Source: Octopus sinensis
Lineage: Eukaryota
Direction: 5' to 3'
Length of the DNA: 64,000 nucleotides
Assembly: GCF_006345805.1 (NCBI RefSeq)
Contig: NC_043010.1
Coordinates: forward strand, 19,902,001 to 19,966,000
The notes beneath the pieces are model-generated. The model was not told where the DNA came from. It made no database searches and worked only from the letters and a program-made list of their open reading frames with translations. Both the position numbers and the translations under genes were made by a program. Below are positions 50,546 to 62,238 of this stretch, piece after piece. Numbering within the stretch: the first letter of the stretch is position 1; the number at the start of each line of letters is the position of its first letter.

Positions 50546-53500
50546 CCTTTTTTATTGGCCACAAGGGCTGACACGCATGATTACATAAAGGGACAAGACA
50601 GGACGAAAGGTTACAAAGGGTTTTGCCGTTTTTTTTAAAACATCGAGTAAAAATCTTTATAACAACTTATAAAATTCAACAATGAAAAACTCCCAAAAGG
50701 GGGAGACGTTTCGAAAGGTTCCTGGTGGAAAAAACCCTACAAAAGCCAACGGGAGCCTGGTCTAAAAAGGGGGTGTAGAGAGTCCCCTTTCTTCTCCTTT
50801 TACATTACCTTTTTCTTTGAAATCACAGGCGAAACCTGAGAACTGGTCCATTTATACAGGCCAGTCTCGCACAATTCACCCACCTTTCATAAAACTTGCT
50901 ATCGGACAGCACTTTCCTCTCTAACCTCATCTTCCTTTTCAAGTGAAACTTGAAAAAGTTGATGAGGCCTTGACCAAAGAGGAAAGTGTCTGTCTTTAGC
51001 CCTTTTAAACGAGTCCACCACACGACCTCTTTCGCCACAGCCACTAGGCACAAGAAAACGGCCTCGCCCTCCTTGTTAAAGGAGGTCGGCGGGGCAATCT
51101 TCACTATGGATTCGGCCGATAGTCGGATCCGTCCTATACGTGACAGTAGCTGTTCGACATAAACCCATATTTCAGCAATACTCGGGCACTGGACGAGTGC
51201 GTGCAGGACGGTTTCGTCGTCCTGGCAACACCTCGGGCAGGCCCGGCTGACGGCACTTCCGTGCCGGTAGAGTTTATCTCGAACAGGCAGAGCCCCTCGG
51301 TAGCACTGCCAAGCGAGAGACCTCTGGAAATTATCCATCGGCCCCGGCCCGAAAGTCCTCCCGAACAGACCGCACAGTTCGTCATCTTCAACGCCTAGAG
51401 TTTCCCCGGGAACGTCGTCGCATTTTTCCTCCACTAACCCTCTATAGAAAGCTAGAGTGGAGCTGTAACCGACCGCATTGCCCGCCTGGCGGAGGGCGGA
51501 GAGGGCTTGACGGCACTCGAGGTGCCAAGCGCCCTTTCTCGGTCTACGTTTGATCCAGGTCTGCAGTTCCGTCAAAGAGACGAGCTGCGGAAAATCGCGT
51601 CTGACAAAAGACGACCACACCTGTTCACCGTCTAGGAAGCGCTTGAGATGCCGCAGCCTGAGCGCATGTCTGCGCAACAGCAACCACGGCATTCCAAGGC
51701 CTCCGTTCAGCGGTCGTTGACAGCAGATGGATCGCCTGACCAGTGGCACCTGACCCTTCCACAAAAAGTCGAAGAGCAGACGTACCAGCTTGGCCAACCA
51801 GCGGTCGGGACAAGGGACGACGGTCAAGCGGTAATAGATGACGGATGCGATGTACGCATTCGCCACCTCCGCTCGACCTTTCAGGGACAGCTTTCTCTCG
51901 GCCCATTTCTGGGTGAGACGTGCCACCCTGCTCATCACCTCTTCCCAGTTCTTATCCACCTGGAGGTCCGGACCGAACCAGACCCCGAGCAGTTTAACGG
52001 GTCCGTCTGTCCAGCGCCCTACGACGCTGTTGGACGGCATGGGCTTGCCTCTCCAGGTGCCCAGTTGCAAGCCCACAGACTTTTCCGCGTTAATCTTTGC
52101 CCCTGTCACCGCTTGGTACTGGTTTAGCGTCTCGCCAATCAGGCCAATGTGCCTGTGGCTCGACACCACCACGGTGACGTCGTTGGCATAAGCAGACACG
52201 CTGTTTCCGCCTCCTAGATCGCGCGGGATACCCCTCAAAGCCTCCAACTTGCGCAGTAATGGCTCGAGAGTCAAAATGTACAAGAGGGAGGAGAGAGGGC
52301 ATCCTTGGCGGACCGAATGCGAGATGTCGAACGGTTCCGAAAGGTGACCGTTCACCCGTATCACCGAGCAGATGTTGCTGTATAAAGCAGCGATCCATCC
52401 GCGGAAGACTGGACCGAAGCCGGCTGCCCTGAGGACAGCTGCCAGGTACCGATGGTCGACCCTATCGAAGGCTTTACTCTGATCCAAGTTGATCAAAGCC
52501 CCACCTGCGCCAGCGTCGTTACCCACCCTCTCTATGATGCAGCGCATGAGATGGAGGTTGTCGTGTATCGACCTGGTCGGCACGGTGCATGTTTGCGTCT
52601 TGCCGACAAGCTTGTCCACGACAAGCTTGTCCACGACAAGCGCCAATCTCTTGGCTAGCACCTTGGCCAAAATCTTCAACTCTGCATTGAGCAGAGTGAT
52701 GGGCCGGAAATTCCCTATAACGTCCCCCTTGTTTGGGTCCTTCTTTAGCAAAGCCACCACCCCTCGACAGACAAAAGCAGGAATTCTCCCGTTTTGCTGC
52801 CAGTTGCAGTAGACGTTTGCCAACAGTTCCGCAAACAAGTCTGGCATTGAAAAGTAAAGCTCGTAGGGCAGACCATCCGAACCCGGCGATCTACCTCTCG
52901 TGCAACTCTTCATCGCTTCCTGTACTTCCCAGGCAGATATCGGTCCTTCGCAGCACTCTGCCTCGCTGTCCGAGAGTTGCGGCAGTCCGTCCAGGTACAC
53001 ACCGAAGTCTGTACCGTTGGTGTCCGTTCCACCGCTCGTCCCAAACAGTTGAGCAAAGTGCCGCTGAAGCACCGTACACATCTGCTTCGGTTGGGTAACC
53101 TCGCGCCCGTTCTGGTCCACCAAAGACCGAATGGTTGCTCTGTTGCCTCGCTTCGCCTCCGCCACGCGGGCCCATCGAGCGGCTCTAGTCCCCTCCCCGC
53201 TTAGCGAACGTGCCTTAGCTCTGACAACGCAGCCTTCGTGTTTGGCGTCGAAGTGTTGGTCGAGGGCCAACCTTGCCACCAACACGTCGGTCGCGATGCC
53301 AGTGTCAAGAGCCTCGTCTAGTTTCTTAACTAAATCCCGCTCTCTCTTCCTACGTTCAATAGCTAGAGTCTTACTATACCTAATCGACTCTACTCTAATT
53401 GCTCTCTTGAGGGCAAACCACCAGTTGTTGTTGATGATTGCCCCCGTGAGCGCCCGCTTAACTAGTAAACTAATCCGGTCTCTGTAAGCTTTGCACGCCG

Positions 53501-56344
53501 TTAACGACGCGTTCAGCTTCCAGTAGCCGGGTCCCTGTCTATGTAGCCTATCTAAGTCGACCGTACAGATCACTAATTTGTGGTCCGTATATTCGACTAG
53601 GTGGAATTGTGGACACCCTACGCTGTCCTTATCCGCTGGCCTACAAAACACTCTATCTAAGTACGATCTAGACGACCCGATGCGGTTTGTCCAAGTCCAC
53701 ATTGGCACATTCGGGTTGTCTAGTCGAAACCTGTCGGACAGCTGAAAGCGGCCGAGTAGGTTGGCGAGGCTCTTGCACCCTCCCCCTCTCCTATCAGACG
53801 CTCCCCTGCCCACCCGATCGAAACGTTCGTCTAAGACAGCGTTCCAATCCCCAACTAGTACTAGAGTGCGTGACGTTCCCAGGAAAACTTCCAGACGTTT
53901 GAAATAATCCGACTGCCCTGCTCCTGTCGGAGCGTAGGCAGCCAGCAGTCTGAAAGCACCGCCGTCACTACCGTCCACGTCGAGGACCACCAACTTACCT
54001 TCCGGATCCAAGAAGACTGTCCTTATTTTCAGGTCCAGGCCCTTCCGAAACAACACCGCAGTACCACCACCGCCCGCTCCCGGCCGACACGGAGATAGAA
54101 ATATCTCGTATCCGCTGAAAAGGGCTGCGAGTTCCTGCGGGTGGGAGAGCCTGGTTTCACTGATGGCTGCTACATCCACATCATGAAACCTCAGGTCGTT
54201 TAACAGGTGACCCTGTTTCCAAGGTGACCCGAGGCCTCTCACATTCAAGCAACCGATTCTAAGATTTGCCATGTTTCAAAAGTTAGGGGAAAAAAAAGGA
54301 GAAAAAAGGCTCTACTTACTGTTGTTGGTGGTGGGGGTGGCTCCCTTGTGCTTTTGCACGGGTGCTTCAATAATATTTTTGTAAAGTTTCTGAGAGAAAC
54401 TTTTCCCTAACGATCCCACATCGTTAGGGAATATTTGTTTTATTTCGTTGTAAACTGTTTTGTTTATTTTTATTGTGAGAATGTGTGCTGGTGGTGTGTT
54501 GTGTGTAGGTATTATGAAATCTGTAATGTTTGTGCTTGTTTTGTTTTTCAAATACTCAACCAGTTCCTGGTTTCTTGTATTCACTGCTGTAATCGTGTCT
54601 GTAATTGTGTCTGTGGTAGTGGCAGTAGTGGTGTCGAAAGTGTTGTTGTTGTTGTTTGTTGTTGTGAGTGTGTGTTGTTGTTGATGTTGGGAAGTACTAT
54701 TTGTTCGTGCTTCCCCTGTAAATCTTTTTGTTTTTTCCTCCTTTTCTTTTTTGGAGGGACTATGTTCCATTCTCCTTTGTTGGAATCAGAGCTCGCACAA
54801 TCCGAGATCTCTTCATCCGGCAAAGGAATGGTTGAGGGGTCTGCTTCAGTAGCAGGACGAAAAGTTTTTGGTTCCGCCGGTATCGGTGGTGCCGCTGCTC
54901 CTGTTACTGTTGATGTCGCTGCTGTCGACCTTCGAGGTACTGGTGTCGGTGTTGGTTTGGTGGTGGTTGTCGGTGTTGGTTTGGTGGTGGTTGTTGTTGT
55001 TGGAGGTGGTGTTGTTCGTCTTGGTGATGGTGTTGGTGGTGTGGTATTTCGTGCTGTTTTTGTTGTTTCTGTTGTTGTTGCTTGTGTTGTTGTTGTTGTT
55101 GCTGCCTCTTGCTATACTCCTCCATTCTCTTTTTTTGAATGGGGCAGTCCCTTTTCAGGTGGCTTTCGCTACTGCAGAGGAAACATTTTGGCTTTCGCCC
55201 CTCTACAGTAACATTTAGCCTGGTCCCATCCAGTAAGATGACAAAGTCAGGTATGGCATTGATGTTTTCCTGCTGGATCTGTACCAGCAGTTGAATACCC
55301 ATGCCTGACCAGTTCTTTTCTCGTACCCTCCGAACATTCAGAATAGTGGCAGTGTCCTCTATGCCATAGAGGACAGCCGCCACTAGCCATGAGATTTTCT
55401 GTTCGGGGGGTATTGTGCTTATAGTTTTTTTTGTACCTTACGCCCGAGGTACGTCGGGACGAGGAACAAATGTTCATTTTGCAAGGGCGAAATGGCGTTC
55501 GCCCTTGCAAGCTCCTCTGTTGGGAAGCGAACCTCCACGGTTCCAAATCGCTTCCCTCTTGTCATAGCTCTTCTGGCCCCAAATGGGCTTCAGAGCCATC
55601 TCTAACTGTTGTGGTGGGCGTTAAACAATCTTTTAGTTTTCTTTTCGAAAACTTTATAAAAGATTGTTCTTTTGTTTGTCTCTTGTGTGAGTTGTTGAGG
55701 TGTGTTAAGGAAAACACTGTTTCCCTCCTTTCTCAACAAATCTTGTGCCATTTTTATGTCCTCCATTGTTATTTCTACATCTTCCGAAATTTGCTTCGCA
55801 GCAGAAGCAAAATCGTTAGAGACTTTTACATTTTTTCGTTGGTTCTTGTCTGTGTTTGTGTCTGTTATAAGTTTCTTTACCTCCCCCTTCGGTACAGCAT
55901 CACTTGTTGAAGGCAGAGGGGGGAAATCAAGAGTGACGTCGAACGCGACGTCCTGACTAGCATTCTCCTTTCGAACGGCGCGTGCTTTCCGTTTCGGAAG
56001 GAGGAGCTCTGTTGCCTTTTACGGCTTGAAATGGGTTGTACGTAACCCGTGACGTTGTTTTTTGTTCTTGTGGAGGGGGTGTTGTAAGAAGGAGGGAAGA
56101 GCCAGCAGCTCGTTTTAAAGCCATTTTGTAAATGTGTGTGTGCAAAAAAATGTCAATTTCAAATGGATAAACAGTAATTTCACCCCGAAGGGGCAAAATT
56201 TCGCCCAACCGACGAGCTCCGCAAGAAGCCGGTCGGTTTGGCTACAAAAATATTAAAAAATATTCAAACTTATTAAAAAATTTCCAATAAAATTGGCACA
56301 AAACTCACAGAGCTGATTCACGTACGTCCATCGGCGTCGGAAGG
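50546..56344 (-). mobile_element. Tx1-like unit 3, full length (~5.8 kb)
   Basis: 5' UTR, ORF1 56124-54312 (frameshifted), open ORF2, 3' UTR, (ATT)8 tail. Confidence 0.95.
50823..54272 (-). CDS. Tx1/L1-clade ORF2: APE endonuclease, reverse transcriptase and C-terminal zinc finger, 1149 aa
   Basis: APE motifs CLNVRGL, ISETRL, VGDWNA, YLDRVF, TDHKL. RT motifs SPGSDGLP, FRPITLLN, LDQSKAFDRVDH, RQGCPLS, with YANDV in place of YADD. CPRCCQDDETVLHALVQC knuckle. Confidence 0.93.
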   Translation of the reverse strand: MANLRIGCLNVRGLGSPWKQGHLLNDLRFHDVDVAAISETRLSHPQELAALFSGYEIFLSPCRPGAGGGGTAVLFRKGLDLKIRTVFLDPEGKLVVLDVDGSDGGAFRLLAAYAPTGAGQSDYFKRLEVFLGTSRTLVLVGDWNAVLDERFDRVGRGASDRRGGGCKSLANLLGRFQLSDRFRLDNPNVPMWTWTNRIGSSRSYLDRVFCRPADKDSVGCPQFHLVEYTDHKLVICTVDLDRLHRQGPGYWKLNASLTACKAYRDRISLLVKRALTGAIINNNWWFALKRAIRVESIRYSKTLAIERRKRERDLVKKLDEALDTGIATDVLVARLALDQHFDAKHEGCVVRAKARSLSGEGTRAARWARVAEAKRGNRATIRSLVDQNGREVTQPKQMCTVLQRHFAQLFGTSGGTDTNGTDFGVYLDGLPQLSDSEAECCEGPISAWEVQEAMKSCTRGRSPGSDGLPYELYFSMPDLFAELLANVYCNWQQNGRIPAFVCRGVVALLKKDPNKGDVIGNFRPITLLNAELKILAKVLAKRLALVVDKLVVDKLVGKTQTCTVPTRSIHDNLHLMRCIIERVGNDAGAGGALINLDQSKAFDRVDHRYLAAVLRAAGFGPVFRGWIAALYSNICSVIRVNGHLSEPFDISHSVRQGCPLSSLLYILTLEPLLRKLEALRGIPRDLGGGNSVSAYANDVTVVVSSHRHIGLIGETLNQYQAVTGAKINAEKSVGLQLGTWRGKPMPSNSVVGRWTDGPVKLLGVWFGPDLQVDKNWEEVMSRVARLTQKWAERKLSLKGRAEVANAYIASVIYYRLTVVPCPDRWLAKLVRLLFDFLWKGQVPLVRRSICCQRPLNGGLGMPWLLLRRHALRLRHLKRFLDGEQVWSSFVRRDFPQLVSLTELQTWIKRRPRKGAWHLECRQALSALRQAGNAVGYSSTLAFYRGLVEEKCDDVPGETLGVEDDELCGLFGRTFGPGPMDNFQRSLAWQCYRGALPVRDKLYRHGSAVSRACPRCCQDDETVLHALVQCPSIAEIWVYVEQLLSRIGRIRLSAESIVKIAPPTSFNKEGEAVFLCLVAVAKEVVWWTRLKGLKTDTFLFGQGLINFFKFHLKRKMRLERKVLSDSKFYERWVNCARLACINGPVLRFRL

Positions 56345-56362
56345 AATAATAATAATAATAAT

Positions 56363-59300
56363 CAATTCTTTTTTATTGGCCACAAGGGCTGACACGCATG
56401 ATTACATAAAGGGACAAGACAGGACGAAAGGTTACAAAGGGTTTTGCCGTTTTTTAAAAACATCGAGTAAAAATCTTTATAACAACTTATAAAATTCAAC
56501 AATGAAAAACTCCCAAAATGGGGAGACGTCTCGAAATGTTCCCGGTGGAAAAAACCCTACAAAAGCCAACGGGAGCCTGGTCAAAAAAAGGGGGTGTAGA
56601 GAGTCCCCTTTCTTCTCCTTTTACATTACCTTTTTCTTTGAAATCACAGGCGAAACCTGAGAACTGGTCCATTTATACAGGCCAGTCTCGCACAATTCAC
56701 CCACCTTTCATAAAACTTGCTATCGGACAGCACTTTCCTCTCTAACCTCATCTTCCTTTTCAAGTGAAACTTGAAAAAGTTGATGAGGCCTTGACCAAAG
56801 AGGAAAGTGTCTGTCTTTAGCCCTTTCAAACGAGTCCACCACACGACCTCTTTCGCCACAGCCACTAGGCACAAGAAAACGGCCTCGCCCTCCTTGTTAA
56901 AGGAGGTCGGCGGGGCAATCTTCACTATGGATTCGGCCGATAGTCGGATCCGTCCTACACGTGACAGTAGCTGTTCGACATAAACCCATATTTCAGCAAT
57001 ACTCGGGCACTGGACGAGTGCGTGCAGAACGGTTTCGTCGTCCTGGCAACACCTCGGGCAGGCCCGGCTGACGGCACTTCCGTGCCGGTAGAGTTTATCT
57101 CGAACAGGCAGAGCCCCTCGGTAGCACTGCCAGGCGAGAGACCTCTGGAAATTATCCATCGGCCCCGGCCCGAAAGTCCTCCCGAACAGACCGCTCAGTT
57201 CGTCGTCTTCAACGCCTAGAGTTTCCCCGAGAACGTCGTCGCATTTTTCCTCCACTAACCCTCTATAGAACGCTAGAGTGGAGCTGTAACCGACCGCATT
57301 GCCCGCCTGGCGGAGGGTGGAGAGGGCTTGACGGCACTCGAGATGCCAAGCGCCCTTTCTCGGTCTACGTTTGATCCAGGTCTGCAGCTCCGTCAAAGAG
57401 ACGAGCTGCGGAAAATCGCGTCTGACAAAAGACGACCACACCTGTTCACCGTCTAGGAAGCGCTTGAGATGCCGCAGCCTGAGCGCATGTCTGCGCAACA
57501 GCAACCACGGCATTCCAAGGCCTCCGTTCAGCGGTCGTTGACAGCAGATGGATCGCCTGACCAGTGGCACCTGACCCTTCCACAAAAAGTCGAAGAGTAG
57601 GCGTACCAGCTTGGCCAACCAGCGGTCGGGACAAGGGACGACGGTCAAGCGGTAATAGATGACGGATGCGATGTACGCATTCGCCACCTCCGCTCGACCT
57701 TTCAGGGACAGCTTCCTCTCGGCCCATTTCTGGGTGAGACGTGCCACCCTGCTCGTCACCTCTTCCCAGTTCTTATCCACCTGGAGGTCCGGACCGAACC
57801 AGACCCCGAGCAGTTTAACGGGTCCGTCTGTCCAGCGCCCTACGACGCTGTTGGACGGCATGGGCTTGCCTCTCCAGGTGCCCAGTTGCAAGCCCACAGA
57901 CTTTTCCGCGTTAATCTTTGCCCCTGTCACCGCTTCGTACTGGTTTAGCGTCTCGCCAATCAGGCCAATGTGCCTGTGGCTCGACACCACCACGGTGACG
58001 TCGTCGGCATAAGCAGACACGCTGTTTCCGCCTCCTAGATCGCGCGGGATGCCCCTCAAAGCCTCCAACTTGCGCAGTAATGGCGAGAGAGTCAAAATGT
58101 ACAAGAGGGAGGAGAGAGGGCATCCTTGGCGGACCGAACGCGAGATGTCGAACGGTTCCGAAAGGTGACCGTTCACCCGTATCACCGAGCAGATGTTGCT
58201 GTATAAAGCAGCGATCCACCCGCGGAAGACTGGACCGAAGCCGGCTGCCTTGAGGACAGCTGCCAGGTACCGATGGTCGACCCTATCGAAGGCTTTACTC
58301 TGATCCAAGTTGATCAAAGCCCCACCCGCGCCAGCGTCGTTACCCACCCTCTCTATGATGTAGCGCATGAGATGGAGGTTGTCGTGTATCGACCTGGTCG
58401 GCACGGCGCATGTCTGCGTCCCGCCGACCAGCTTGTCCACGACAAGCGCCAATCTCTTGGCTAGCACCTTGGCCAAAATCTTCAACTCTGCATTGAGCAG
58501 AGTGATGGGCCGGAAATTCCCTATAACGTCCCCTTGTTTGGGTCCTTCTTTAGCAAAGCCACCACCCCTCGACAGACAAAAGCAGGAATTCTCCCGTTTG
58601 CTTGCCAGTTGCAGTAGACGTTTGCCAACAGGTCCGCAAACAAGTCTGGCATTGAAAAGTAAAGCTCGTAGGGCAGACCATCCAAACCCGGCGATCTACC
58701 TCTCGTGCAACTCTTCATCGCTTCCTGTACTTCCCAGGCAGATATCGGTCCTTCGCAGCACTCTGCCTCGCTGTCCGAGAGTTGCGGCAGTCCGTCCAGG
58801 TACACACCGAAGTCTGTACCGTTGGTGTCCGTTCCACCGCTCGTCCCAAACAGTTGAGCAAAGTGCGCTGAAGCACCGTACACATCTGCTTCGGTTGGGT
58901 AACCTCGCGCCCGTTCTGGTCCACCAAAGACCGAATGGTTGCTCTGTTGCCTCGCTTCGCCTCCGCCACGCGGGCCCATCGAGCGGCTCTAGTCCCCTCC
59001 CCGCTTAGCGAACGTGCCTTAGCTCTGACAACGCAGCCTTCGTGTTTGGCGTCGAAGTGTTGGTCGAGGGCCAACCTTGCCGCCAACACGTCGGTCGCGA
59101 TGCCAGTGTCAAGAGCCTCGTCTAGTTTCTTAACTAAATCCCGCTCTCTCTTCCTACGTTCAATAGCTAGAGTCTTACTATACCTAATCGACTCTACTCT
59201 AATTGCTCTCTTGAGGGAACCACCAGTTGTTGTTGATGATTGCCCCCGTGAGCGCCCGCTTAACTAGTAAACTAATCCGGTCTCTGTAAGCTTTGCACGC

Positions 59301-60912
59301 CGTTAACGACGCGTTCAGCTTCCAGTAGCCGGGTCCCTGTCTATGTAGCCTATCTAAGTCGACCGTACAGATCACTAATTTGTGGTCCGTATATTCGACT
59401 AGGTGGAATTGTGGACACCCTACGCTGTCCTTATCCGCTGGCCTACAAAACACTCTATCTAAGTACGATCTAGACGACCCGATGCGGTTTGTCCAAGTCC
59501 ACATTGGCACATTCGGGTTGTCTAGTCGAAACCTGTCGGACAGCTGAAAGCGGCCGAGTAGGTTGGCGAGGCTCTTGCACCCTCCCCCTCTCCTATCAGA
59601 CGCTCCCCTGCCCACCCGATCGAAACGTTCGTCTAAGACAGCGTTCCAATCCCCAACTAGTACTAGAGTGCGTGACGTTCCCAGGAAAACTTCCAGACGT
59701 TTGAAATAATCCGACTGCCCTGCTCCTGTCGGAGCGTAGGCAGCCAGCAGTCTGAAAGCACCGCCGTCACTACCGTCCACGTCGAGGACCCAAACTTACC
59801 TTCCGGATCCAAGAAGACTGTCCTTATTTTCAGGTCCAGGCCCTTCCGAAACAACACCGCAGTACCACCACCGCCCGCTCCCGGCCGACACGGAGATAGA
59901 AATATCTCGTATCCGCCGAAAAGGGCTGCGAGTTCCTGCGGGTCGGAGAGCCTGGTTTCACTGATGGCTGCTACATCCACATCATGAAACCTCAGGTCGT
60001 TTAACAGGTGACCCTGTTTCCAAGGTGACCCGAGGCCTCTCACATTCAAGCAACCGATTCTAAGATTTGCCATGTTTCAAAAGTTAGGGGAAAAAAAAGG
60101 AGAAAAAAGGCTCTACTTACTGTTGTTGGTGGTGGGGGTGGCTCCCTTGTGCTTTTGCACGGGTGCTTCCACAATGTTTTTGTAAAGTTTCTTCGAGAAA
60201 CTTTTCCCTAGCGATCCCACATCGTTAGGGAATATTTGTTTGATTTCATCATATGTTTTTGCATTTATTTTTATTGTGAGAATGTGTGCTGGTGGTGTGT
60301 TTTGTGTTGGTATGATGAAATCGGTTATATTTGTACTAGTTTTGTTTTTTAAGTACTCCACTAGTTTTTGGTTCTTTGTGTTTATTGATGTAATTGTGTC
60401 TGTGTGTGTTTGTGTGTGTGGCAGTGGCAGTAGTGGTGTCGAAAGTGTTGTTGTTGTTGTTGTTGTGAGTGTGTGTTGTTGTTGTTGTTGTTGTTGATGT
60501 TGGGGGAAGCACTATTTGTTCGTGCTTCCCCTGTAAATTTTTGTTTCTTCCTCCTTTTCTTCTTTGGAGGCACTATACTCCATTCTCCTTTGTTGGAATC
60601 AGAGCTCGCACAATCCGACTCTTCATCCGGCAAAGGAATGGTTGAGGGGTCTGCTTCAGTAGCAGGACGAAAAGTTTCTGGTTCCACCGGTATCGGTGGT
60701 GCCGCTGCTCCTGTTACTGTTGATGTCGTTGCTGTCGACTTCGAGGTACTGGTGTCGGTGTTGGTTTGGTGGTGGTTGTCGGTGTTGGTTTGGTGGTGGT
60801 TGTTGTTGGAGGTGGTGTTGTTCGTCTTGGTGCTGGTGTTGGTGATGGTGTTGGTGGTGTGGCAGCCTTTGGTTTTTCTTGCTGTTTTTGTTGTTTCTGT
60901 TGTTGTTGCTTG

Positions 60913-60943
<31 letters not shown>

Positions 60944-62192
60944 GCTGCTGCCTCTTGCTATACTCCTCCATTCTCTTTTTTTGAATGGGGCAGTCCCTTT
61001 TTAGGTGGCTTTCGCTACTGCAGAGGAAACATTTTGGCTTTCGCCCCTCTACAATAACATTTAGCCTGGTCCCATCCAGCAAGATGACAAAGTCAGGTAT
61101 GGCATTGATGTTTTCCTGCTGGATCTGTACCAGCAGTTGAATTCCCATGCCTGACCAGTTCTTTTCTCGTACCCTCCGAACATTCAGAATAGTGGCAGTG
61201 TCCTCTATGCCATAGAGGACAGCCGCCACTAGCCATGAGATTTTCTGTTCGGGGGGTATTGTACTTATAGTTATTTTTTGTACCTTACGCCCGAGGTACG
61301 TCGGGACGAGGAACAAATGTTCATTTTGCAAGGGCGAAATGGCGTTCGCCCTTGCAAGCTCCTCTGTTGGGAAGCGAACCTCCACGGTTCCAAATCGCTT
61401 CCCTCTTGTCACATAGCTCTTCTGGCCCCAAATGGGCTTCAGAGCCATCTCCAACTGTTGTGGTGTGGCGTTAAACAATCTTTTAGTTTTCTTTTCGAAG
61501 ACTTTATAAAAGATTGTTCTTTTGTTTTGTCTCTGTGGTGTTGTTGAGGTGTGTTGAGGAAAACACTGTTCCCCTCCTTTCTCAACAAATCTTGTGCCAT
61601 TTTTATGTCCTCCATTGATACTTCTACATCTTCCGAAATTTGCTTCGCAGCAGAAGCAAAATCGTTAGAAGCTTTTACAGTTTTTTGTTGGTTCTTGTCT
61701 GTGTTTGTGTCTGTTATAAGTTTCTTTTCCTCCCTCTTCGGTACAGCATCACTTGTTGAAGGCAGAGGGGGGAAATCAAGAGTGACGTCGAACGCGACGT
61801 CCTGGCTTGCATTCTCCTTTTGAACCGAGCGCGTGCACTCCGGTTCGGAAGGAGGATCTTTGTTGCCTTTTACGGCTTGAAATGGGTTGTACGTAACCCG
61901 TGACGTTGTTTTGTGTTCTTGTGGAGGGGGTGTTGCAAGAAGGAGGGAAGAGCCAGCAGCTCGTTTCAGAGCCATTTTGTAATTATGTGTGTGCAAAAAT
62001 GTCAATTTCAAAATAAAAAACAGCAATTTCACCCCGAAGGGGCAAAATTTTCGCCCAACCGACGAGCTCCGCAAGAAGCCGGTCGGTTTGGCTACAAAAT
62101 ATTAAAAAATATTCAAGCTTATTAAAAAATTTCCAATAAAATTGGCACAAAACTCACAGAGCTGATTCACGTACGTCCATCGGCGTCTGAAG

Positions 62193-62193
<1 letters not shown>
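56363..62193 (-). mobile_element. Tx1-like unit 4, full length with frameshifts
   Basis: ORF1 61975-60113 and ORF2 60073-56644 are broken by short deletions (about 59780, 59220, 58865, 58530). YADD is intact; (ATT)6 tail. Confidence 0.95.

Positions 62194-62238
<45 letters not shown>

Noticed and set aside
56285-56320. Resemblance of TAAAATTGGCAC...ACAGAG..GATT to U6 snRNA as a possible Tx1 target
   Set aside because: Short, gapped and not conserved in units 1 and 2; I found no snRNA, tRNA or 5S target at any junction.
47895-62238. Regularly recurring junction repeats as a CRISPR-like array
   Set aside because: Eukaryotic context; the 'spacers' are kilobase-scale retrotransposon bodies.
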